From: an uncultured Prevotella sp.
GTDB lineage: Bacteria > Bacteroidota > Bacteroidia > Bacteroidales > Bacteroidaceae
Length of the DNA: 48,631 bases
Direction: 5' to 3'
NCBI GenBank assembly: GCA_900547085.1
Contig: URFI01000001.1
Span: 1 to 48,631 of the forward strand
Shown: positions 6,891-18,447 of the stretch, in pieces
How positions within the stretch are numbered: position 1 is the stretch's first letter
How the letters are laid out: each line of letters starts with the position of its first letter
Made by a program: the position numbers and the translations under genes
The notes under the pieces: model-generated
What the model saw: the letters and a program-made list of their open reading frames with translations, nothing else
Databases searched by the model: none
What the model was told of the DNA's origin: nothing

Positions 6891-9890
6891 TTAGAATTTG
6901 AAATTGAAACCGAACATAAACGAGATAGGTCTTGGATAGATCTTGTTGTCTATACCCTCCCCGCTGATTTCAGGGTCAATGCCACTGTAGTTGGTGATGA
7001 CAAACGGGTTTTGCACGGTGAAATACAGACGTGCGGACTGCTTGTCATTGAACAGCTTGTTGAAAGTGTAGCCGAGCGAGATGTTGTCCATGCGGAGGAA
7101 GTCGGCTTTCTGCACATAATAACTGCTGCGATACTGCCCAGTATGGAAGTTCTTGTTGGTGGCAGAGTTCAAGCGGTTCTTCAAGAAGCCAGTTTGGTCG
7201 TACATCTGCGAACCATCCCATGCCTCACGATTAGACTGTGTGTTGTTGTACACATAGTTACCAATGCTTGAGCGAAGGGCGAATGATAAATCCCAGTTCT
7301 TGTAATTCATCTGCGATGTCAAACCCATGTACACATCAGGAGCCGATTTCTTGTAAGGAATTAGGTCGCCCTCATCAATCTTATTGTCGTTGTTCTGGTC
7401 TACATAAGCCCCTTCAATAGGAGTACCCTTCTCGTCATACATCTGCTCGAACACATAGAACGAGTTGTATGGCTTGCCAACAGCGTTGATTTGAACATTA
7501 TAACCCGTTGCGCCATCGATACCACCATGAATCACGCCCTTGTATTTAGGATCGTCGTTGAAGGTAAGTTTGGTGATGGTATTCTTGTTGTACGACACGT
7601 TGTAACCCAATGTCCACTGGAAATCCTTGGTTGTAATGGGGTGTGCGGTCAACGAGAGTTCCACGCCTTTGTTTTCCAACGTACCCACATTGGTCAATAT
7701 CTCATTGCTGTAGTTGGTTCCTGCAGGTGCCGTTACGGTATTCAACAAGTTGTTGGTCTGACGGAAATAGAAATCCAATGCTCCCGAGAGTATCCCCTTG
7801 AAAATGCCAAAGTCGAGACCCACATTATAGGTTGTGGTTTCTTCCCACTTCAAGTTTTCATCGTATGCCAACGGAGCAATCAGACGTATGCGCTTGTCAC
7901 CAAAGTAATAGTTGGCACCAGCCTGTGAATAAGCGTAGCGTGCCATGTAGGGGTAATCACCGCTACCAAGGTTCTGCTGACCGGTCACACCGTAACCCAA
8001 ACGCAGTTTCAAATCATCGAGCCAGCGTACGTCTTTCAAGAAAGCCTCTTCGTTGATACGCCAAGCCAATGCTGCCGATGGGAATATACCCCAGCGATTG
8101 TCCTTGCTGAAGCGTGAGGAACCATCGTTACGCAATGTGAATGTCAAGAGGTAGCGGTCTAATAAGGTGTAGTTCACACGTCCGAAGAACGACACGAGGT
8201 AGTTCTCGGTGCTGAAATCATCCTCGCCTTTGTAGAACTCTTTGCCATATTCCTTTGCCTTGGCAGCTGAATAGGGGTACTTGGTCCATTCAGAACGATA
8301 GAAGTGTTGCCATGAATAACCAGCCATGGCATCAATGAAGTGTGCGCCAAAGGTCTTGGTATAGTTCATATAGAACTCCAACAAGGTGCTACGCTTGAGC
8401 TGCCAGTAGCTGCTGTTCTCACCAAATCCTTTCTTGAAATTGCCCCAAGTCCACGACATGGGAGAGTTGTCTACAGTTATCACGTCGCCAGTTCCCTTAG
8501 AAACGTCATATCCCAAGTTGAGGTTCGCACGCAGGTCGGGTAAGAAATGGAACTTATAGTCGAACTGTGCGTTACCGATGCTGCGGTACACTTTTGATTT
8601 GTCGCTCTTGTCGGTGAGTATGGATACAGGGTTAGCCAAAGCAATGTCAATGGGTTTTCCCTTATCGTTGAGGTACATGAAGTAGCCGTTGCCATATTCA
8701 GATCCTTTCATATAGATGGGCTGTGTGGGGTCATATTGCGTCGCCATGCCCAAAGAGCCGAGGTCTGCAAAGCGGTTGGTGTTGTAGATACCCTTGAGGT
8801 TCAATTGAACAGTGAGGTGCTTATCGAAGAATTGTGGATTCAAGTTGATAGCACCAGTGAAGCGTTCCATGTTGGATGTCTTCACAATACCGTTCTCATT
8901 AGTATAACCTACCGACACACGATAAGGCAAGTTAGCCACCGCACCCGACACATTGATGTTGTGGTCGGTGCTAACCGATGTGCGCAATACTTCTTTCTGC
9001 CAATCGGTGTTACTCGTACCAAGAGCCTTGGCTTGCAGACTTTCCTTACCAAACTTAGATACGACAAAGTTCTTGAAGTCGTTTGCCGACATCACATCCA
9101 CCTCCTTGGCACTGGTGCTTACCTTGACAGAACCGCTATATCCAACTTGAATACCGCCAGCCTTGCCTTTCTTGGTGGTGATAAGAATCACACCATTCGA
9201 TGCACGCGAACCATAGATAGCTGTTGCCGATGCATCTTTCAACACCGTCATGGTAGCGATGTCATCAGGGTGAACGGTACTCAAAGGGTTTGCCATACCA
9301 TTGATACCCCCATCGTCTACGGGCACACCATCGATAACCACCAACGGGTTATTGGATGCCGACATGGACGAACCGCCACGAATACGTATCGTTGCACCAG
9401 CACCTGGTGCACCACCGTCAGTGATAACGCTCACACCAGCAGCCTTACCTACCAACATATCGGTGGCAGAGGTAACGGCTCCTTTTACCATTTTCTCTGC
9501 ATTCAAGGCAGTAACACTACCCGTCAAGTCGTTTTTCTTCACTCGTCCGTAGCCAATCACCACCACTTCGTTGATCGACTCACCTTTGGCTTCTTTCAGA
9601 GTAATAGTCATCTTGGCGGTTGCTGGTGCCTCAAAGACATCGTAACCAATGTAACTGACAGAGACCATGTCGCCCGCGTTGGCGTTGATGGTGAAGTTTC
9701 CGTCAAAGTCTGTCACCGTACCTCCCGCTTGTCCCGCTACTCTAATGGTAGCACCGATAATGGGTTCGCCGGTTTCATCCTTCACATGTCCTTTCACGGC
9801 AATCTGCTGCGCAAAGGCACTTGCTGAAATGACCAACACGCAAATCAGCGTGAGCATTCTCAGCGGCAATGTAAAATTTACCTGCTTCAT
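6891..9890 (-). CDS. susC: SusC-family TonB-dependent transporter (maltooligosaccharides)
   Basis: EVVVIGYG TonB-box region, plug motifs IRIRGGSS and VLKDASATAIYGSRASNGVILITTKKG, C-terminal Phe; paired with susD. Confidence 0.96.
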   Translation of the reverse strand: MKQVNFTLPLRMLTLICVLVISASAFAQQIAVKGHVKDETGEPIIGATIRVAGQAGGTVTDFDGNFTINANAGDMVSVSYIGYDVFEAPATAKMTITLKEAKGESINEVVVIGYGRVKKNDLTGSVTALNAEKMVKGAVTSATDMLVGKAAGVSVITDGGAPGAGATIRIRGGSSMSASNNPLVVIDGVPVDDGGINGMANPLSTVHPDDIATMTVLKDASATAIYGSRASNGVILITTKKGKAGGIQVGYSGSVKVSTSAKEVDVMSANDFKNFVVSKFGKESLQAKALGTSNTDWQKEVLRTSVSTDHNINVSGAVANLPYRVSVGYTNENGIVKTSNMERFTGAINLNPQFFDKHLTVQLNLKGIYNTNRFADLGSLGMATQYDPTQPIYMKGSEYGNGYFMYLNDKGKPIDIALANPVSILTDKSDKSKVYRSIGNAQFDYKFHFLPDLRANLNLGYDVSKGTGDVITVDNSPMSWTWGNFKKGFGENSSYWQLKRSTLLEFYMNYTKTFGAHFIDAMAGYSWQHFYRSEWTKYPYSAAKAKEYGKEFYKGEDDFSTENYLVSFFGRVNYTLLDRYLLTFTLRNDGSSRFSKDNRWGIFPSAALAWRINEEAFLKDVRWLDDLKLRLGYGVTGQQNLGSGDYPYMARYAYSQAGANYYFGDKRIRLIAPLAYDENLKWEETTTYNVGLDFGIFKGILSGALDFYFRQTNNLLNTVTAPAGTNYSNEILTNVGTLENKGVELSLTAHPITTKDFQWTLGYNVSYNKNTITKLTFNDDPKYKGVIHGGIDGATGYNVQINAVGKPYNSFYVFEQMYDEKGTPIEGAYVDQNNDNKIDEGDLIPYKKSAPDVYMGLTSQMNYKNWDLSFALRSSIGNYVYNNTQSNREAWDGSQMYDQTGFLKNRLNSATNKNFHTGQYRSSYYVQKADFLRMDNISLGYTFNKLFNDKQSARLYFTVQNPFVITNYSGIDPEISGEGIDNKIYPRPISFMFGFNFKF

Positions 9891-10073
9891 CTTTTTTGTT
9901 TTTAGTTAATGTAATATAATCAATTTAGTATATCGCTTAGGTTACGTTCCCCCGATGTTCATGATCAGTTGCGAGTCATGCGTTTGTGCCTTCCATTTTT
10001 AGGAACGGGGATATCCGTTGAGGAGACTTGATTGTTTTCTGTTGTTTGTTTGGTTAGTAGCTCCTCTTGCGTG

Positions 10074-10081
10074 CAAAGTTA
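10074..10081 (-). promoter_or_regulatory. -7 promoter element for the susC operon
   Basis: CAAAGTTA reads TAACTTTG on the minus strand. Confidence 0.6.
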
Positions 10082-10136
10082 GTATTGTTTAACCTTTGAT
10101 ATACGATTTTTCCTATAAATCCGTTGTTTTAGTAAC

Positions 10137-10148
10137 GCAAACGTTTGC
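10137..10148. promoter_or_regulatory. LacI-family operator 1, between the divergent susC and lacI promoters
   Basis: Perfect palindrome GCAAACGTTTGC with the central CG typical of LacI/GalR operators; near-identical to the site at 13380. Confidence 0.8.
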
Positions 10149-10204
10149 ACGAAAGATTTGATTAGAAATCAAAGACTTGCTTTCCTGCATTCTCAGGTTT
10201 TGCA

Positions 10205-10212
10205 TACATTTG
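10205..10212 (+). promoter_or_regulatory. -7 promoter element for lacI
   Basis: TACATTTG, 20 bp upstream of ATG 10233. Confidence 0.6.
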
Positions 10213-10232
10213 TAACACTAATAACGACCTAA

Positions 10233-11258
10233 ATGGATATTTTGTCACCGCTCACAATGAAAGACATTGCAAAGGAACTGGGGGTTTCCATTGCAACGGT
10301 CTCGCGTGCGTTGAAAGACAACCCGAGCATCAGCAAAGAACAACGGGAAAAGATACAGGCTTACGCGCGCGAACATAATTTTTATCCCAACGTCATCGCC
10401 GAGTCGCTGCGCAACAGCAAGGTGAAACCGATGAGGGTCATTGGCGTCATCGTTCCCCAACTGTCACATTTCTACTTCTCCAGCATCCTCTCTGGCATCG
10501 AAGAGGAAGCCAGTGCCCGCGGCTATCGCATCATGGTGGCGCAGAGCAACGAAAAGTACGATCGTGAAGTACGCATCTGCCAGGATTACTTTGAGAACAA
10601 GGTGTGCGGCGTCATCGTTTCACAAGCCAAAGACACCGTACGCTACGAGCATTTCCAGAAACTGATAGACCACGGCATGCCACTTGTGTTTTACGACCGT
10701 ATTTGCACGGGCGTGGAATGTAGTAGAGTGGTGGTAGATGACTACATGGGTGCCTTCAACGCGGTCACGCACCTCATACAGACCGGCTGCCGGCGCATTG
10801 CTTACTACGGCACACTGATGACCATGGAGATTTCCAAGAACCGTTACAACGGCTACCGCGATGCCATCACCAAGTACGGACTGAAAGCTGACGACCGTTT
10901 TTTCCGCATCTGCGACAACCGCGCCGACGCTGAGCTAATCACCCCCGAGCTTCTAAGCCAGGAAGAAGCCCCCGATGCTTTTTTCGCTGTGAACGATGAC
11001 ACGGCCGTGGGCATTCTCTACGCTGCCAAGCGCATGGGGTATCGGGTACCCGAGGATATCTCCATCTGTGGCTTTACCAATGGTGACCGTGCCAAGGCCT
11101 GCGACCCCATGCTCACCACCGTAGAGCAGCGTGGCGTGCGGGTAGGCGAAGAAGCGGCTAACATCCTCATTTCTCGTGTGGAGGGTTTCATCCCACCTGA
11201 CAAGATTGAAAAGAGAATCGTCAGAACAAAACTCATTATCAGGGGAACAACGAGATAA
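10233..11258 (+). CDS. LacI-family transcriptional regulator (MalR-like)
   Basis: N-terminal HTH TMKDIAKELGVSIATVSRAL; periplasmic-binding-protein-like sugar domain (PDAFFAVNDDTAVG, VPEDISICGF, LTTVEQ). Confidence 0.95.
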   Translation: MDILSPLTMKDIAKELGVSIATVSRALKDNPSISKEQREKIQAYAREHNFYPNVIAESLRNSKVKPMRVIGVIVPQLSHFYFSSILSGIEEEASARGYRIMVAQSNEKYDREVRICQDYFENKVCGVIVSQAKDTVRYEHFQKLIDHGMPLVFYDRICTGVECSRVVVDDYMGAFNAVTHLIQTGCRRIAYYGTLMTMEISKNRYNGYRDAITKYGLKADDRFFRICDNRADAELITPELLSQEEAPDAFFAVNDDTAVGILYAAKRMGYRVPEDISICGFTNGDRAKACDPMLTTVEQRGVRVGEEAANILISRVEGFIPPDKIEKRIVRTKLIIRGTTR

Positions 11259-11269
11259 GATATAGTTTT

Positions 11270-11499
11270 AGTTGACAAGTTGACGAGTTGACAAGTTGAC
11301 GAGTCAATAGATTGATTAGTTGACAAGTTAACAAGTTGTCAAGTTAATGCTTAACAAAAGCGATTCACAACAACACATTACTTGATAAGTTATCAACTGT
11401 CGAATAAAAAACTATTAACTTGTAAACTCGTAAACTTGTCAACTCGTAAACTAATAAAGCTATTAACTCGTAAACTCGTAAACTAATAACTCGTAAACT
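11270..11499. repeat. Inverted array of 8-nt tandem repeats: (AGTTGACR)n ... (YGTMAACT)n
   Basis: About 10 left-arm units at 11270-11349 and about 11 reverse-complement units at 11413-11499; central palindrome TTGATAAGTTATCAA. Confidence 0.9.
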
Positions 11500-11509
11500 A
11501 AAAAACTAT

Positions 11510-12826
11510 ATGAATGAATTAAAAAAGAAGCCCGACATGAGCTTTTGGAATCTTTGGAACTTAAGTTTCGGATTTTTCGGTGTACAGATTGCGTACGCTC
11601 TACAAAGTGCAAACATCTCGCGTATCTTCGCCACGTTGGGCGCAGACCCGCACAACTTGAGTTATTTCTGGATTCTGCCACCCTTGATGGGCATTGTGGT
11701 GCAGCCCATTATCGGTACACTTTCAGATCGCACATGGACACGCTATGGGCGCCGCATACCCTACTTGTTCATCGGCGCGGCAGCGGCTGTACTGGTCATG
11801 TGCCTGCTCCCACAGTCTGGCTCATTCGGCATGACGGCATCGGTGGCGATGATTTTCGGACTTGTCATGCTTATGTTCCTCGACACCTCTATCAACATGG
11901 CGATGCAACCCTTTAAGATGCTCGTGGGTGATATGGTGAATGAAAAACAGAAAGCCAAGGCCTACTCCATCCAGAGCTTGCTGTGCAATGCAGGTTCACT
12001 GGTGGGTTACCTGTTTCCATTCTTCTTCGCACTGTTGGGAATCGCCAATACAGCCCCCAAGGGTGTGGTTCCCGACTCGGTCATCTACAGTTTTATTGTT
12101 GGTGCTGGCATTCTGATTCTCTGTGTTGGTTACACCGTTTCCAAGGTAAGGGAGTGGCCTCCAAAGGAGTATGAACAATACAATGGCAGCTTGAAAGTTG
12201 AAACAGAGAAGAAAGAAAACTGGATAACCCTACTCAAACGTGCTCCTTCTACTTTCTGGAAGGTAGGCATCGTGCAGTTCTTCAGTTGGATAGCCTTCAT
12301 GTACATGTGGACCTATACGCATGGCACTGTGGCAGCCAATGTGTGGGGTACCACCGATATGGCGAGTGAGGGAGCCCAAGAGGCTGGCAACTGGGTGGGC
12401 GTATTGTTTGCCGTGCAGGCCATTGGCTCCGTGCTATGGGCACCGTTGCTCCCCAAACTCGGCAGCAGAAAGACCGCCTATGCCCTCAGTTTGATATTGG
12501 GAGCCATAGGTTTTGCAGCCTGTAACGTGATACACGACCAGTATTTACTGTTCATTCCGTTCCTACTCATTGGCTGCGCATGGGCAGCAATGTTAGCCAT
12601 GCCGTTTACCTTTGTCACCAATGCCTTGCAAGGCTATGGACACATGGGGGCTTACCTCGGCTTGTTCAATGGCACTATCTGCATTCCGCAAATCGTGGCT
12701 GCGTTAATAGGAGGCACACTCCTCAGTCTTGTAGGCTCGGTACAGAGCCACATGATGTTCGTTGCGGGCATCTCACTGTTACTGGGTGCCGCCGCTGTAT
12801 CGCTCATCAAGGATGTCAAGGAGTGA
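11510..12826 (+). CDS. MFS (GPH/SLC45-like) maltose/alpha-glucoside transporter
   Basis: About 12 hydrophobic segments; SFGFFGVQIAYALQ, QPIIGTLSDRTWTRYGRRIPY and MGAYLGLFNGTICIPQI motifs; starch-locus context. Confidence 0.9.
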   Translation: MNELKKKPDMSFWNLWNLSFGFFGVQIAYALQSANISRIFATLGADPHNLSYFWILPPLMGIVVQPIIGTLSDRTWTRYGRRIPYLFIGAAAAVLVMCLLPQSGSFGMTASVAMIFGLVMLMFLDTSINMAMQPFKMLVGDMVNEKQKAKAYSIQSLLCNAGSLVGYLFPFFFALLGIANTAPKGVVPDSVIYSFIVGAGILILCVGYTVSKVREWPPKEYEQYNGSLKVETEKKENWITLLKRAPSTFWKVGIVQFFSWIAFMYMWTYTHGTVAANVWGTTDMASEGAQEAGNWVGVLFAVQAIGSVLWAPLLPKLGSRKTAYALSLILGAIGFAACNVIHDQYLLFIPFLLIGCAWAAMLAMPFTFVTNALQGYGHMGAYLGLFNGTICIPQIVAALIGGTLLSLVGSVQSHMMFVAGISLLLGAAAVSLIKDVKE

Positions 12827-12994
12827 TGTCCGTTAGGAAGTATTTGTTGCAGAATTAGATGTTAGCAGCTAGCACTCGGCCACAGTGGTCACATCCACCT
12901 TCGGGAACAAATTGTTGCAGCAAGTTTGCATCCGCTCTAAGGAACGCCATTTAATCCCTCACACATGGGTGTCCGACACGATGAAACGGTGCTG

Positions 12995-13345
12995 GATAAG
13001 TGTCAAAAATATTGACATGCACCCTCAATACTCGCGTATTTGCAAGCAACCAGTAGGTTGGCGGCAAATACGCGAATTTTGTATATCGCTCATTATCAAG
13101 ACATTGTATATAACGAGCATTTTCGGTCGGCAGCAAACTCCATGCTATTGACCGGCAAAAGCATTGGGTTTGCAGGTCAACCATCATCACTTTTCTCGTC
13201 AAAAACATTGCTCTGTGCAGCCAAACTCTATGCTTTTGGCCCGACAAGGTGTAAAAACCGACCTTTAAAAGATTAAAAGTACCTTCTCGAGAAGCTAAAA
13301 TGAGAATTTTGAAATGACCAAATAATCTAACAAAACCCTCCTTCA
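12995..13345 (+). mobile_element. Dispersed non-coding element, copy A (hairpin leader + 22-bp minisatellite), MITE-like
   Basis: Perfect 12-bp inverted repeat TCGCGTATTTGC (13032) / GCAAATACGCGA (13064). CAA-starting units at 13134, 13156, 13178, 13200 and 13222 (22-bp period). Leader resembles copies B and C. Boundaries are approximate. Confidence 0.6.
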
Positions 13346-13379
13346 AAACACCTACATTTGGAAGCAGAAAACAGTATTA

Positions 13380-13395
13380 GTGCAAACGATTGCAC
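13380..13395. promoter_or_regulatory. LacI-family operator 2, upstream of malQ
   Basis: GTGCAAACGATTGCAC, a one-mismatch palindrome with the same core as the operator at 10137. Confidence 0.8.
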
Positions 13396-13449
13396 AATGT
13401 TTTTCCAATAATTAGACTTCCAAATCAACTTCACCTTACTTATTATTTA

Positions 13450-13457
13450 TACATTTG
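13450..13457 (+). promoter_or_regulatory. -7 promoter element for the malQ-susB-pulA-susA operon
   Basis: TACATTTG, about 50 bp upstream of ATG 13508 and about 55 bp downstream of the operator. Confidence 0.6.
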
Positions 13458-13507
13458 CATATATTAAGTACCAAACCTAAAGTTACTCAACTACTACACC
13501 TTAGTTT

Positions 13508-16213
13508 ATGAATCTATTATTTAACATTGAATACAAAACGGTTTTTGGGGAAGACCTCATCTTGAATGTAGTGAATGAAGGTCAGCCTACAGATGGGCTT
13601 TATACCCCTTATAGAATGTACACCACCGACGGACTGCACTGGAAGTGCGACCTCAAGCTGTCTGCTACTGAAGAGCAAAATTCCCTTTGCTACTACTACT
13701 CGGTAGAATGCGACGGAAAGGTAACGCGCAAGGAATGGACCTCTCTAACCCACCGCCTTGACCTCACGGCAGCCAAAGCGAAGCAATACCATGTGTACGA
13801 CCATTGGATGCAGATACCAGAAGACTCGTATCTGTACTCTTCGGCTTTCACCGACTGCCTTCACCGCAGCACATTGCAAGCCCTGCAGCCCACGGCTTAC
13901 GACAAGACGGTGCGCATTATCGTACGTTCTCCACAACTCAAACCTGACCAATATTTAGTACTGTCGGGCGACACCGAGCTCTTGGGCGAGTGGAACATCA
14001 GCAAAGCACTGCCCATGACCCAGCACCAGCACAACGAATGGGTGGTGGATGTGGACGCTGAAACACTGAGCGAGCAGCACATAGAACTGAAGTTTGCAGC
14101 CCTGTCGTACAGTCTTCCCACGAACGACCCCATGTGGGAACCGTGCTTCAACCGCACCATTGACGTACCCAAGCTCAACCGTGGCGACGTGGTGGTGTAC
14201 CACTTGGATCAGGCTTTCATGCCCATGTCCAACACAAAGGTGGCTGGAACGTTAGTACCCGTATTCTCACTACGCAGCAAAGGCAGCTTTGGCGTGGGCG
14301 ACTTTGGCGACCTCAAGGCAATGATCGACTTTGTGGAAGCCACCGGACAGCACGTTCTTCAGTTGCTGCCCATCAATGACACCACAGCCACCTATACCTA
14401 CACCGACTCTTACCCCTACAGCTGCATCAGCGTGTTTGCATTGCATCCGCTCTATTGCGACTTGCGCCAATTGCCCAAACTCAACGACAAGGCACAGCAA
14501 GCGCAATTTGACGCACTGCAAGAAGAATTGAACTGCCTGCCACAGATAGACTATGTGCGCGTGATGAGAAGCAAGATAGATTTCTTACAGCTACTCTTCA
14601 AGCAAGAGGGCAAACATACCATGGGCACCAAGGCGTACAAGGCGTTCTTCGAAAAGAGCGCTCGCTGGCTGGTACCCTACGCACAGTTCTGCTACCTGCG
14701 CGACCAATATGGCACGGCAGACGCTACACAATGGCCCGACCACCACACATGGAACGAGGCAGACCGCAAGGCGTTGAGCACCCCAAGCAACAAGGCATAT
14801 CAACAAGTAGCGTTCTACTACTTCGTGCAGTTTGTGCTATACACCCAAATGAAGGAGGCGCACGCCTATGCACAAAGCAAGCGCATCGTACTCAAAGGCG
14901 ACGTGCCAATTGGCGTGAGTCGCCACGGCTGCGACGTTTGGGTAGAACCCAAATACTTCAACATGGACGGACAAGCTGGTGCGCCACCCGATGATTTCTC
15001 CGTCAACGGACAGAATTGGGGGTTCCCCACCTATAACTGGGATGAGATGTTGAAAGACGGATGCGCATGGTGGGAACGCCGTTTCAAGAACATGGCAGAG
15101 TTTTTCGACGCTTATCGCATCGATCATGTGTTGGGATTCTTCCGCATTTGGGAAATACCTATCAGCTGTGTCAACGGCTTGTGTGGTCAGTTTTCACCAG
15201 CGTTGGGCATGTCGCGCGAGGAGATAGCATCCTATGGACTCAACTTCCAAGAAGATTTATTTACCAAGCCTTACGTCCGCAACTGGGTCATCGACAGAGT
15301 GTTTGGCGAACATCAGGAAGAAGTCATCGCCAAATACCTCAACCATATTCACGACGACGTGTTTGAGCTGAACGAGCATTTCAACACCGAGCGTAAGATT
15401 GAAGCTGCCTTCGAGGGACAAGAAATGGACGAGAAGAACACATGGATATGCGACGGACTGTATGCGCTTGCCAACGATGTATTGTTTGTTCGTGACAAGA
15501 AGAACCCACATCTGTTCCACCCACGCATCACGGCACAATTCAACTTCATCTACGAAAGTCTGTGGGATGTGGACAAACAGGCGTTCAACCGTTTGTACAA
15601 CGAGTACTACTATCGCCGCAACAACCAGTTCTGGTATCACGAGGCGATGAAGAAATTACCTAAATTGGTACAGGCTACCCGCATGTTGGTGTGTGCCGAA
15701 GACTTGGGAATGGTGCCCGATTGCGTGGCATGGGTGATGAACGAACTGCGCATCCTCAGTCTCGAGGTGCAGTCGATGCCCAAAGACCCAAAGGTAACCT
15801 TTGGCTATTTGCCCAACAACCCCTACAGAAGTGTGGCTACCATATCCTCACACGACATGCCAACGCTGCGCCAATGGTGGGACGAGGACTACCCACGCAC
15901 ACAGCATTATTACAACACCATGCTGGGAAAAGAAGGACCAGCCCCTCACCCACTGCCGGGTTGGTTGGCTCGCGACATCATTTGGCAACACTTGGCATCG
16001 CCCTCCATGCTCTGCATCCTGTCCATACAAGACTGGTTATCCATGGACGAACGTCTCCGATTGGACGATGCCGATGCCGAACGCATCAACATTCCTGCCA
16101 ATCCCAAGCACTATTGGCGTTATCGGATGCACCTGAACATAGAAGACATGCTGACCGACAACAGCTTGGTGAGCAATTTATGTGAACTGAACTCACAGTC
16201 GGGAAGGGGCTGA
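13508..16213 (+). CDS. malQ: 4-alpha-glucanotransferase (GH77, DPE2-type with two N-terminal CBM20-like domains)
   Basis: AGTLVPVFSLRS, GVGDFGDL, QLLPINDT, SYPYS, LKGDVPIGV, GAPPDDF, GQNWGFPTYNW, RIDHVLGFFRIW and AEDLG motifs; no signal peptide. Confidence 0.95.
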   Translation: MNLLFNIEYKTVFGEDLILNVVNEGQPTDGLYTPYRMYTTDGLHWKCDLKLSATEEQNSLCYYYSVECDGKVTRKEWTSLTHRLDLTAAKAKQYHVYDHWMQIPEDSYLYSSAFTDCLHRSTLQALQPTAYDKTVRIIVRSPQLKPDQYLVLSGDTELLGEWNISKALPMTQHQHNEWVVDVDAETLSEQHIELKFAALSYSLPTNDPMWEPCFNRTIDVPKLNRGDVVVYHLDQAFMPMSNTKVAGTLVPVFSLRSKGSFGVGDFGDLKAMIDFVEATGQHVLQLLPINDTTATYTYTDSYPYSCISVFALHPLYCDLRQLPKLNDKAQQAQFDALQEELNCLPQIDYVRVMRSKIDFLQLLFKQEGKHTMGTKAYKAFFEKSARWLVPYAQFCYLRDQYGTADATQWPDHHTWNEADRKALSTPSNKAYQQVAFYYFVQFVLYTQMKEAHAYAQSKRIVLKGDVPIGVSRHGCDVWVEPKYFNMDGQAGAPPDDFSVNGQNWGFPTYNWDEMLKDGCAWWERRFKNMAEFFDAYRIDHVLGFFRIWEIPISCVNGLCGQFSPALGMSREEIASYGLNFQEDLFTKPYVRNWVIDRVFGEHQEEVIAKYLNHIHDDVFELNEHFNTERKIEAAFEGQEMDEKNTWICDGLYALANDVLFVRDKKNPHLFHPRITAQFNFIYESLWDVDKQAFNRLYNEYYYRRNNQFWYHEAMKKLPKLVQATRMLVCAEDLGMVPDCVAWVMNELRILSLEVQSMPKDPKVTFGYLPNNPYRSVATISSHDMPTLRQWWDEDYPRTQHYYNTMLGKEGPAPHPLPGWLARDIIWQHLASPSMLCILSIQDWLSMDERLRLDDADAERINIPANPKHYWRYRMHLNIEDMLTDNSLVSNLCELNSQSGRG

Positions 16214-18415
<2,202 letters not shown>

Positions 18416-18447
18416 TCAACATCTGAAACCCTAAATACCTAAAGAAA

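Noticed and set aside
8736..9827. 363-aa plus-strand ORF
   Set aside because: Antisense shadow of susC, with no recognisable motifs or initiation context.
10074..10212. Invertible (phase-variable) promoter at the susC/lacI junction or other PUL promoters
   Set aside because: I found no flanking inverted repeats of sufficient length around the -7 boxes, and there is no recombinase in the window.
12885..13346. Short ORFs in the MFS-malQ gap (and similarly at 22629-23360, 39108-39698 and 48324-48602)
   Set aside because: They lie mostly within the repeated non-coding element, and I saw no shared protein sequence between copies.
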